A DNA stretch of 63,974 bases, the filler included, from Stramenopiles sp. TOSAG23-2 (Eukaryota), in NCBI GenBank assembly GCA_900128395.1. It is 3 parts of 3 records of this genome, joined end to end, with 100 filler letters (N's around TTAATTAATTAA, not from the genome) between each part and the next. Parts side by side here need not be neighbours in the genome. Positions count along the whole stretch, not along the records: positions 1 to 22,353 come from LT649515.1; positions 22,454 to 44,713 come from LT649516.1; 1 more part is not named here. One strand, 5' to 3'. A program made the position numbers and the translations under genes. The notes beneath the pieces are model-generated. The model was not told the DNA's origin, searched no databases, and was given only the letters and a program-made list of their open reading frames with translations. Below are positions 12,118-22,773 of the stretch, piece by piece. Numbering within the stretch: the stretch's first letter is position 1; each line of letters starts with the position of its first letter.

Positions 12118-12810
12118 TCACTTTTTCTTTCTTTTCGTAGTTGTTTTCCTTTCTGACAATGCTTGTTTGATCCAATTTGAACTTTGTTTCGATACACCTG
12201 TAGGGCATAAATCAATCTCATATTCGTTAGGTCCTGGTGTATCGTTCGCCCTTAAAATAGTTAAATCTAATTCTGTTAGTGGAAAAGCAGTTGAAAACTG
12301 CCCTCCAGACGGACCTGGCATTTTTATCAACCCGTATTCATTAGGTGCAGGAATGTTTTTTGCTCTATATATTACCCATTCGATTTCACTCTTAGGATTT
12401 GCATCACTGATTTTAATACCACCAGTTCCCCATTCGTTTACTTTAACATTATATTGATTTGGTCCAGGAGTTTGTTTAGCACGTGAGACTACCCAATCGA
12501 ATTCACCTTTTGGTTTTGCAAGGCTAAACCGACCACCCCCAGGTAATAGATACCTGCCCGTTGCAGAGGAACCAGCCTGTTTTTTAGCAGCTGCTTTCTT
12601 TCTCCTAGTCAATCGCTCTAAAGTATTTGGATTCATATCTGATGCTTTAGGTCTGACCCATCTTCCTGGCCCATTTTTATCTTTCGGTACCCAATAAACT
12701 CTGGGTCTTCTAAAATTAGGATCAGTTTTTTGTTTTGGTTCATGTAACGCACGTCTTTTTGTTACTTTTTTTTTTACATTTTTGTTGCCATTTGAAGATG
12801 TTGACGACAT
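12118..12810 (-). CDS. SHIPPO/PGP-repeat protein (ODF3/CIMAP-like axonemal protein)
   Basis: Three repeats RAxxxPGP/PAPNxY (TPGPNQY, IPAPNEY, TPGPNEY). Confidence 0.8.
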   Translation of the reverse strand: MSSTSSNGNKNVKKKVTKRRALHEPKQKTDPNFRRPRVYWVPKDKNGPGRWVRPKASDMNPNTLERLTRRKKAAAKKQAGSSATGRYLLPGGGRFSLAKPKGEFDWVVSRAKQTPGPNQYNVKVNEWGTGGIKISDANPKSEIEWVIYRAKNIPAPNEYGLIKMPGPSGGQFSTAFPLTELDLTILRANDTPGPNEYEIDLCPTGVSKQSSNWIKQALSERKTTTKRKKK

Positions 12811-13407
12811 TTTAACTATACTATTTACACTTTTTTTCTTTATATTATATATTTGTTTGTACTTTTAAATCAAAAAAATCAAAATATCTGATTTATACAT
12901 GATATAAAAGAAAGAAGAGTAAGTTTATTACATATAATACTGTACAGTATATTTACTGTAATGTTGCTAATACTAATAATATATTTACACAAAACAATAA
13001 AATAATAATAGTAGTCCAGTATAGTATTGCTATTACCTGGTAATATTATTAAATTGTATAGTATCCTCGTACCACTGTTGGTATCTCAACAACTCTATTC
13101 ATCGTAATAAATTATATTATTTATTATTATGTAAAACAACTTTAAGGGAGAAAATATTATGTCTGTAATTAAATTTTGGCACGGACATACCATCAGGTAT
13201 CATTTTGATGACTTCTGGTTTTTTTGGTTTTCATTTATGATGTGCAACATGTGCTCTAATGTACGTTATGAAGAATAAAATTAAAATATATATATATTAT
13301 TTTATAAAGGACATATATGGATGGATAGTAATAATAGAATAATTGGGAGGAGAAATAGATAATACATAGACAGATTATTATATATTGATATAATACGTAA
13401 ATAGAAA

Positions 13408-16400
13408 ATGAAAGCAAGAAATAGAAAAAAAGAAGAGGAGTTTAAAAGGCAAAAACAGAAACATATACAAAGTGCTTTTTATGAAACTACTGGATCGAAA
13501 TCGGGTGGCATTAGTAGTAAGCAACGAAGGCGTTCAAGGTATAGAAATCAACAAACTTCTTCTTCCAATATATCCACTTCCTCTATTACATATAAAAAAC
13601 GTGGTGCTAGTAGAAATAATTTGAAAAAAAATAGTAGACATAATAATAGTCTTCCATACTTAAAACAAGAAAGTAGCTATACTACTAATAATAATAATAA
13701 TAATAATAATGGAATATCTCAACAGCGTATGACACAATCGTATAAAATGGAACGAAATAGCAGTTTCCCGCAGCGTCAACCAGAGCAATATGGTTATGAA
13801 ACTAAGCTACACGATCATGAAAAATATCAAGATAATATCGATGTAAACAACCAACGTGAAGCGTGGAGTAAAAAGCTTAGTCAATCCGTTGGCTCCCATT
13901 TTGATAATGGAAACAATTTAATAGAAAACAATGCAGATTTATATAATAATGATAGTAACAACAACAACAACAACAATAATAATAATAATAACAAAACCAT
14001 ACAAATAAATACAGTCGAACGTACACGAATGAGACTTCCAACTAATCTTCCAGTTCTAAGACTAGGTGTACCAAAATTTAAATCAAATAGTCTAGTTGTC
14101 ATACAAAGGCCAAATGTACTTCAAAAAGCAATAGATATGACTATGCAGAAAGATGAAAATATAGATGTAAACAATAACGATCAAACTAATGGAACTAAAA
14201 CTAACTCGGATGTTACGCTAAGTGAAAACGGGAAAGTTATTGATAATAATGAGGAAATGCAAACATTAGAAAATACAGAAGAAGAACGCCCTAAATCAAG
14301 GTTTATACAAAATTTAAACGATAGAGACATTTCATTTTTCAGCGAATTAAATGTTGGACCATATGATGCACTGGAACGCGACATGGGAAAATTAGGTGCA
14401 CGAGGAGTGAAATCAAAGCCAGTAATAACTTTAAATGATAGATTAGCAGGAGTTATGAAAGATCGCACAGAAAAATTAGCAGAACAATTACTTTCGTCAA
14501 AACAAGATGAAGAAGATGTAAAAGATAGAATTAGAAACAATATTATAGAGCAACGGCGTACTTTGCCTTTAGATTTCATTTTTAGACGTGCTTTAAAGCG
14601 ATATGTTAAAGCACATTTGGAAGATGGCATGAAACGTTGGAAATCTTTCATTCGACGTGCTCAAGCAGTGGAAAGGTTATTGAAAAAAGTTACACCATAC
14701 GCTATTACAATTCAACGCCATATGCGCGGGTATTTAGGTAGAAAACGCGCTGCTGTGATGAGAGAAATTCGTCGCATTGAATTGAAACGCCTAAGAATTA
14801 AATCAGCAACGCAATTACAGGTGTGGTGGAAATTGATTGTTTTGCTAGAAAAAATTCGTATTCGCACGGCCAAAAATTTAGCTGCAAGACAAGAGCGATC
14901 AGCCAGAAAAATTCAATGGTGCTTTCGTGGTCACAAATCTCGATCGCGAGTACGGCGAATCCTACGCCTTGAATTAACACAATCTATGCGAGACATTTTA
15001 AAGTACGAGCATATGTTGACTGAAGAAGAACATATAATGATGGAAGCTTGCAGTGCTGTCCTTTTTGATCAACGTGATGACCCTAGATGGGAACGAGAAC
15101 AATTATATAGCTCTTTAGATATACGTCGTGCCACAAAATTATGTAAACAAATTAATGAAAGCAGATTGAAACGCGCAAAAAAGAAACGAGATTTAAATGC
15201 TAAAGAGATCATGAGAGAAAAGCAACGTATGAAACGCGAGTTATTAGAGAAACAAAAGGCAAAATATGAAGAAAGGCTTGCAAAAGAACGCGAGCGATTG
15301 GTAGAAATTGCTAGAAGAGAGGAAGAAGAAAAATTACGCATTTTACGCCTCAAAGAAGAGAGAGAGCGCGAGGAACAAGAACGATTAGCAAAACACCGCG
15401 CAATGTTAGAAATGGAAAACGCTCATATACGCGAAGTGATGGATCAAATGACCGAGGAAGAAAAAGAGCAACGGGAAGCAATGGAAAATTTAAAGCGGAT
15501 AGAAAATAATAGAATTGGAAAAATTAAAGCGAATGAAAATGAAAAAGATGGCATGGCGCAAGCTAGACGTGAGGCACAGTTAGCAGCGCAACAAGAAAAA
15601 GTAATTGCTTTGCAAAAGTCAAAGTTGGAAGCGGATGGAAAAGAGGCAGTTGTAAACGAGGATGTTGTTGACGAAAAGAAAACGGAAGAAGGTAAACAAG
15701 AGAATCCAGAAAAACACCCCGAAGAGACTGAAAATGAAATAGAAGTAGGGGAGGAAGGGATGGAGAAAGAAGCGGAGGAGGGTAAGAAGAAAGATCCAAC
15801 TAAGAAAACACGTGGAGGTGGTGATCCATGGCAAGTTTTAGGCAAATCAGCATACGATGCTGAAAATCAAGATGAATTAAATATTAATGTTGGAGATGTA
15901 ATTCGAATCATTGATCGCGGGGACACAAGTGGTGATTCAGACTGGTGGAATGCAGAAAATTTAACAACTGGAGCTGCTGGTTTATTTCCTAGTGATTGTA
16001 TTGAAGTTGTACGCAAACGTGTCATTGGAAAAGAAAATTTTATTCCTGAAGATGATGAAGAGCTTGCATTTGAGGAAGGTGATTTTATTGCAATTTATGA
16101 ATGGAATGATCCAGAGTGGTGGAAAGGCGAAAATTTAACGACAAAAGCTGTTGGTATGTTCCCATCTAATCTGGTTTTGACGGATGAAGAATTCAAAGAA
16201 AGAGAATTATTGCGAAAGGAGGAAGAGAGAAAAGAGGAAGAAAGGCAAATGGAACTTATGGCAGATATAGCAATGGAAGGAATCGCGGTTCAAGATGATG
16301 AAGACGGAGAGCGTGCTCTTCGAGTTGTTTTTAATTTATTAGACTTTAACAAAAACGGTACACTGGAACGAAAGGATGTTGTCTATTCAGCATTTGATGC

Positions 16401-16800
16401 GTCACGAGTTGAAAACATTTTGCAAGCATGTGGTAAATTACGAATGTGGTTACGGCCTAGCAAAATCAATCGTTTTTATCGTTGTATTGATCATCCTTTG
16501 AAAGATGGTCATGCCACATATGAGCAATTCAAAACTTTCATTAAAAATCCGGAAGTTATCGAAGCTCAGTTTTTCATGGAAGACAATCCACCAAAATCAT
16601 TGATACCAACAGATAAGGAGGGGCAAGAACGGGAAGAACAGAAAGAAAAAATAGATAGCGACGGCAGTATGTTAAATAAAATCAATATTGATGATGTAGT
16701 ATCAAATAATGGCGAAATTATCGGAAATGACGCTTCTATATTAGAGGAAGATAAAATGGATAGTGCAGTAGATTTGATACCAACTGTTAATGATAAATAA
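13408..16800 (+). CDS. Protein with IQ motifs, coiled coil, two SH3 domains and an EF-hand
   Basis: IQRHMRGYLGRK and IQWCFRGHKSR; SH3 motifs AYDAENQDELNINVGD..WW..GLFPS and FIPEDDEELAFEEGD..WW..GMFPSN; EF-hand DFNKNGTLERKD. Confidence 0.85.
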   Translation: MKARNRKKEEEFKRQKQKHIQSAFYETTGSKSGGISSKQRRRSRYRNQQTSSSNISTSSITYKKRGASRNNLKKNSRHNNSLPYLKQESSYTTNNNNNNNNGISQQRMTQSYKMERNSSFPQRQPEQYGYETKLHDHEKYQDNIDVNNQREAWSKKLSQSVGSHFDNGNNLIENNADLYNNDSNNNNNNNNNNNNKTIQINTVERTRMRLPTNLPVLRLGVPKFKSNSLVVIQRPNVLQKAIDMTMQKDENIDVNNNDQTNGTKTNSDVTLSENGKVIDNNEEMQTLENTEEERPKSRFIQNLNDRDISFFSELNVGPYDALERDMGKLGARGVKSKPVITLNDRLAGVMKDRTEKLAEQLLSSKQDEEDVKDRIRNNIIEQRRTLPLDFIFRRALKRYVKAHLEDGMKRWKSFIRRAQAVERLLKKVTPYAITIQRHMRGYLGRKRAAVMREIRRIELKRLRIKSATQLQVWWKLIVLLEKIRIRTAKNLAARQERSARKIQWCFRGHKSRSRVRRILRLELTQSMRDILKYEHMLTEEEHIMMEACSAVLFDQRDDPRWEREQLYSSLDIRRATKLCKQINESRLKRAKKKRDLNAKEIMREKQRMKRELLEKQKAKYEERLAKERERLVEIARREEEEKLRILRLKEEREREEQERLAKHRAMLEMENAHIREVMDQMTEEEKEQREAMENLKRIENNRIGKIKANENEKDGMAQARREAQLAAQQEKVIALQKSKLEADGKEAVVNEDVVDEKKTEEGKQENPEKHPEETENEIEVGEEGMEKEAEEGKKKDPTKKTRGGGDPWQVLGKSAYDAENQDELNINVGDVIRIIDRGDTSGDSDWWNAENLTTGAAGLFPSDCIEVVRKRVIGKENFIPEDDEELAFEEGDFIAIYEWNDPEWWKGENLTTKAVGMFPSNLVLTDEEFKERELLRKEEERKEEERQMELMADIAMEGIAVQDDEDGERALRVVFNLLDFNKNGTLERKDVVYSAFDASRVENILQACGKLRMWLRPSKINRFYRCIDHPLKDGHATYEQFKTFIKNPEVIEAQFFMEDNPPKSLIPTDKEGQEREEQKEKIDSDGSMLNKINIDDVVSNNGEIIGNDASILEEDKMDSAVDLIPTVNDK

Positions 16801-16893
16801 GAGTGGGTCGCATGTGTGTATTTTTATATTATGTCTCTGGACGTACGTCTTTTTACGCTGAACGCGCGTATTTGTTTTTTTTACTATATTTCC

Positions 16894-16905
16894 TACGAAT
16901 TCGTA
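16894..16905. terminator. Candidate 3'-end or boundary palindrome TACGA-NN-TCGTA (also at 4825, 29162, 36111; one mismatch at 59716)
   Basis: Seen between convergent gene ends; function inferred. Confidence 0.45.
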
Positions 16906-17147
16906 TGATATTTTTTAAAAAAATATTAAACGCGTTATATAGTTTAATTGATGCATTTAACGTATTTTTTAAGTTTACGCGGCTGATATAATATAAAATA
17001 AGAGAAATTTTTTATATATATAATATTAATATATCTCTTTAAATTATAAATATCATAAGAGAATTTTTTATATAAATATAAATAAATTACGTTTTAAAAA
17101 TATTTTACTTAATTTTTTTTATACCCCCCGAAGTATAAAAAATTTTT

Positions 17148-20100
17148 TTATGCTTTATTTACACACTTTTTACAGACATAATGCGATCCACCTGCGCATC
17201 TATATCCGTTTATAAACTGTTGTTGACAATTCATACAAGTACCTCGACCAGGAAGCCATTTATAACTTTGAGGGCATATGCCAATCTTGTCCATCTTTTC
17301 CTTCAATAACTTGTCTGACATCTCCACCATATCTTCCTCTTCCTCCTTCTCCTCTTCTTCCTCTTCTTCCTCCTTGACTTCTGTTATTTCAATCGTAGGC
17401 GCATTACGTATTCTTTGTTGGTCATCATCATCACCACCACCCCCACGACCTTCTTTGTATCGATTTGGTCGATATCTGGGTGCTCCTGACGGCGATGGAC
17501 CATTTGCAAATCGATTGTATTTCTCTTGATTAAGATTGTTCATACTCATACCAATGATGTCAAAAACATTTCGAGGCTGGATAGTATTTATAATATTATT
17601 GCTATTATTATAATTATCATGATCATCAGGATGTATATTTTCTAACTCATTTTCATTTATTCCAAAATCTTGAGCAAGAAAAGTTTTTACATACACCTGC
17701 GTCATTTTGTCTTCTATATTAAGATTTAGTTTGTCCCAATTTTTCATTGTTCTTTCAGCCAAGTTTTCCATTGCTGTTTCAACTAAGTTCACAGCTAAGC
17801 CACCATTATGGGAAGCCATTTCTTCGCTCCACTTAAATGGAATCCACTTTGCCAACTTTTCTTTCAATCCAGGTGCAAAAATATAATCTTTTTCCTCAGC
17901 CTTCGCTTCAGCAATTTCAGCTAACTCAGTACCATTGTAATTTTTTAAAATCACTTGTTGCCTAAAGCGTCTTTTTAAACCAGGATCAGCCATTAACAAT
18001 TTGCCCATTGGTCCTTCATACCCTGCTAAAATGACTAATAATTCGGATCGGTGATTTTCAATTTCTGTTAACAGCGTTTGAATGACCTCTTTACCGAAGG
18101 TATCACCACCATTACTTATCAATGCATAGGCTTCATCGATGAATAGACAGCCTCCTAATGCATCTTGAACTATTTCTCGAACATTATGCGCCGTTTGACC
18201 TACATATTGGCCTTTCAAATGCAATGCATTAATCTCTTTGAAATGCCCAGTCTCCAGTATACCATGCGCGAACAAAAATTCACCGATTAATCTGGCCGTT
18301 GTGCTTTTGCCCGTTCCAGGGTTACCCATTAACACCAAATTCATGGAATTAAATAAGGGAGCAGTGTTACCAGTTTTTTCGACATATAATGCAGTGTTTT
18401 TCATTTTCGCAAAAAATTCTTTCATGTTAGCCATACCAATTAAATTCTCTACTTTTGCTGCAATTTCATCTTTTTTTAATTGATCGGCACCAATAGAGCC
18501 TTTTCCTAGGTCTTCGATGCCAAAATCAATTCCACAAATAGTCTTAGCATCATTCATTAATTCAGTTGGATTCCTTGTCTGTCCCTCTGATGATTCTAAT
18601 AGACGGCCTTCTAGCGCTTGCACAGCTTTTTGAACAAGGTTTACAGCAAGGCCACCATTCTCTGATGCTATCTTTCGCCTATATTTGATGCCAATATGTT
18701 TGCTCAACGCCTCCACCAAACCAGGCTCAAATGATTTACCATTTCTTGAGAATGCAACGTACTCCGCAATTTGAGCAATTTCGTTTGTGGAATAATTAAC
18801 TAAATGTAACGCTTCTGGGAAACGACGTGGTAATCCCGGATCCTCTCTTAAAAGACGTTCGATCTTATCTTGATAACCAGCAATGATAACTAATGTATTA
18901 TCACGATTATTTTCAATCTCCGTCAACATAGTGCGAATAGCCTCTTTGGAAAACGTATCACCTCCTTTTCCATTTTCAGATGCCAACGCATATGCTTCAT
19001 CGATAAATAGGGTTCCAAATTTTGCGTCTTTAAACGCTGCTTTTACTAAAGGCGCGGTGCTACCAACATATTCACCTTTAAGTTCCAAGGCATTTTTTTC
19101 AACAAACTCACCCGTCAAAATGCCATGTGCTTTAAAAAATTTATGAATTATTCTTGCAAAAGTTGTTTTTCCAGTGCCAGGACAGCCTGTAAGCTTTAAA
19201 TTATAACAACGTTTCACACTACGACGATCACCAGTAATGTTTACAAACTTGATTGATTTGCTAATTTTTTTTAACCATTGTTTAGCACTGTCCATTCCAA
19301 TTAATCCTTCAACTTCTTTCATTACCTCAGCAATTAATTCTGGATCTCCAAGTTCTTTTCCAATACCAAAGTCAGCTGGGATTAATATGTTATTCGTATT
19401 TAATTGTGTTTCATCCTTTGAAATTCTTTCTACACGAGAGCGAATCGCTTGATCGACTAGATTTCGAATGAAACGAACACCACCTTCCGGTACTTTACCA
19501 CACGTATCATGCAAATGTTGAGCCAATTTGTCTTGCAATCCTTCCTGTAAAGCACTATTTCGTTGCTGCACATATTGTTCTGCAATTTTCACTAATGTTT
19601 CCGGAGACGGATTTGGAATTCGTACATGCCATGGAAACTTTGTCTCTATTTCTGCATGAGAATTTTTAATCGAGATAGCTTTGTTTGGTTTACATGCAAG
19701 TGCAATAAACGAGCTTGGCTTTGAAGCTTCTTGAACTAAACTTTCTACTAATCCGGTCTTTGCACTTGTAACATAATTGGATTCATTAACAGCATTTGTC
19801 GGTAGAATTAGTTCTGCTTGTGAAACCATTATACCACCTTCGACATTTTTGCATATGCTTGCAAATGTATCGTTACGATTTTCTGCAGCTGCATTATATA
19901 AATTTGGTGCGGAACTTTTTATAAAAGTATTTGATGGCAAAATATTATATGCATGTAAAAACTCAGTTGCTAATTCCATAAATAACGTTTTCCCTACACC
20001 ATCGTTTCCTTCAATGATTGTGTTGAACTCCCACGATGCTAATGTAGGCTGTGAATCATTCGAATCGCAATTCGTCGAAGTCTTTGCTATGGATATTGCA

Positions 20101-22353
20101 TTTCCATCATTACCACCAGAATCGACTTTTCTCTCATCATCATCAAATACATTTTTTAGACAATATTTCGTATCGGTGTCGGTTTTCTTTACGTTATTTT
20201 CTGATCGTTCATGCTCCTCAATATGTTCTCTTACACGCTGAAACCACCATCTTGGAGAATTTTCATCATTGCTGCCCCAACCAATTTGTGCAGCAATCTT
20301 ATCATTGATTGCTTGCCTCTTTTTCTCTTTCTCCTCACGGCTTACTGTATTTACATCAAAGTCACCAATAGTAAGAACTAACGGAGAATGCATAGCAAAG
20401 TTATCGTCACCTCCTGAGTCTTTTAGTCTTTTATTTTTGCGGGTAATTGCTTGATCAACACAATCATTTGCTAACCACGCATTTCTATCGTTTATCTCTT
20501 TCGCTTTATACTTTGACTTTACAATTTTTTTCATTGTCAAAAAGTCACTATTGCATTCATCGTCACATTGAAGTTTGTAACCACGCTCTCGCAATTTGTT
20601 AAGTGAAATACGTGCTAAATTTGCCGGTGATATTACTGGCAATGAAATAAGGTCAGGTTTGTATTTGCGAAAACAAGTCAATGCTGAGATGGTATTACTT
20701 ATACTGACACTGGCGCCAATAATTACACGAATGTTTTTGTCACACGCTGCACTTAAACATGTACTAATTGCAACCAATTTTTTGCGGCATATAGGTTCCG
20801 ACTCTATCATTGGCCAATAAATGGAAATTGGTTCTTTTAATGGCTTGTCTACGTTTTGAAGCTCTTCTTTTAAAGCATCTAAGCTTGCAATTTCCTTGTA
20901 CTTTTTAGGTTTTGCTATTTCAAGAGCCCCTTCTCTATAAGACCAGTCTGTTTTATTGTACTTTATAGTGATATAACCATTACCACTTCTTCCTTCTACA
21001 CGTGTAACTACACCGATTTGCCCTGGATTTAATGGCCCTCCATCTGCTTCCGTGTCAAACTTTTTATAATCCGTTTTTAGCGTCTTCTACACGTGTAACT
21101 ACACCGATTTGCCCTGGATTTAATGGCCCTCCATCTGCTTCCGTGTCAAACTTTTTATAATCCGTTTTTAGCGTCACTCTTGATCCTACTTTAATAGCAC
21201 TTACGTTGGCACTCATGTTGCCAAAAGTTATTGAGTTTGCTTTTCTAGGCTTTATTTGTACTGTAAGTACATCACACCAATCTGCAATTAGTTTTGCCGA
21301 CGTATTTTTCCCGCTTCCTGCATTTCCAGAAATTATAATATGTCTCAGCGTGACTTTTTCCAAGACTTTAAATCTCCCCTCAACATCAGCAATCGTTTTA
21401 AGAATATGTTTTTTGACAGCATCTAAACCAACTAATGCTTCTTGTTCCGCCTTTAACTTTCCAATTTTATTCGCCATTTCTGAACTTAATCCAAGTTCAC
21501 TTACAATAGATTGTACTGGAATTGAATCGGCATATTTAGCTGCAAGTTGTTTTTGCTTTGTTTCAATAGATTCTTTGCTCTTTTTGCGCATCTCTGGCAC
21601 CCGTTTTTGCAAAATAGTTCTTAACTTTTTCTTCAATTCAATTTCAAATTTCTTTTCTTCTTGAAAATACTTTTTTACGTCACGAATATGTTTTGACGCA
21701 AACGTTGCGACTAAATTCCACAATTCTTTAACGTTCTCAACTGACAAAGTTTTGTTTTTATCATTTCTTAACTTCATTATATCTGGCATAAATTTTTTTA
21801 ATACACATTTTAACTTTTTCGGTTTCTCTAATTGTTTGCGTCTGAAAAATCTACGGAGGAAGGGTATTGCTCCATATACTTTTTCGTATTCGTTAAATTC
21901 ATCAAATTTCTTTTTCTCAGAATCTCCTATTAGTAAAATCAAAATGGGAGCGATTCTTTCATGATTAAATCCCTTTCCATCAACGGTATCGCTTACTGCT
22001 TGTAAAGCTTTTAAATATAGTTTAATTGCGTATAATGCAAGCGCTTCTGTTTTATCGTTTGTTTTTAATGAAGTTTTCTTTGACTGAAATAATGCAACAG
22101 CTTCATTAAAAAATCCTTTGCCACTTATTGATGTTTTGAAGAGTCCTTTGCTAGCAGGTTTAGAGGAAGTAGTTGATGCTCCACCAAATAATCCACCTCC
22201 ATTCGTTCTTTGTGTTGATGCTCCACCAAATAACCCACCTTTAGAAGATGTTGTTGTTGGTCTACTAAATAGTCCACCTGTAGAAGCATTTGTTCTTTGT
22301 GTTGATGATCCACCAAACAGTCCACCGTTAGAAGATGTTGTTGATCCACCAAA
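17148..22353 (-). CDS. Large multi-AAA+ ATPase (four CbbX/SpoVK-type modules) with N-terminal GLFG repeats, SH3-like insert and C-terminal Cys/His domain; 5'-truncated by contig end, frame broken by a 91-bp duplication
   Basis: Removing one 91-bp copy gives one frame of about 1705 codons. Walker A motifs GNAGSGKN, GNDGVGKT, GCPGTGKT, GNPGTGKS; Walker B LFIDEAYAL twice; LKGEYVGST/LKGQYVGQT; DPGLxRRF; tail ICPQSYKW..CxxC..GYRCAGGSHYVC. Confidence 0.85.
20993..21175. repeat. Exact 91-bp tandem duplication causing an apparent frameshift
   Basis: cttctacacgtgtaact...ttttagcgtc occurs twice in tandem. Confidence 0.9.
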
Positions 22354-22453
22354 NNNNNNNNNNNNNNNNNNNNNNNNNNNNNNNNNNNNNNNNNNNNTTA
22401 ATTAATTAANNNNNNNNNNNNNNNNNNNNNNNNNNNNNNNNNNNNNNNNNNNN
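22354..22453. other. Artificial contig-joining linker N44-TTAATTAATTAA-N44
   Basis: 100-bp spacer with a six-frame stop cassette; identical linker at 44714-44813. Confidence 0.97.
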
Positions 22454-22773
22454 ATTTTTATACCCTACTCTCTAACCCTCTCATTGACTCTTAGCTCAGC
22501 GCTCTCATATATTAAAAATTCTATATGATATGAAACTTAAAAGAAAGTTCTGATAAACGGTTATTATATATGTACACACATTTTTAGCATTAATAATATT
22601 TTTATAAACAAATACGAATTACACAATATGAGGTAATATCACATTACTCATCATGATCAAGTGATCACAAGTGAAAGATTTTAACTCACACAAAATATTT
22701 TTAAAACACAATTATATTACATACATTTTAAGGCACCATGTTTTTTATATTAAATTTGTAAATTATTAGTGTG

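Noticed and set aside
17148-20810. CbbX Rubisco activase or sporulation gene, implying photosynthesis or bacterial contamination
   Set aside because: True CbbX has a single AAA module of about 300 aa; this is a four-module protein among intron-containing eukaryotic genes.
20993-21175. Programmed frameshift or pseudogenisation of the AAA gene (likewise at 31115 and 42549)
   Set aside because: Each frame break coincides exactly with a perfect tandem duplication, and collapsing it restores the ORF.
22354-22453. TTAATTAATTAA palindrome as a biological element (e.g. piggyBac TTAA site)
   Set aside because: Centred in exactly 44+44 Ns and repeated identically at 44714; a synthetic six-frame-stop linker. 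No synteny should be inferred across it.
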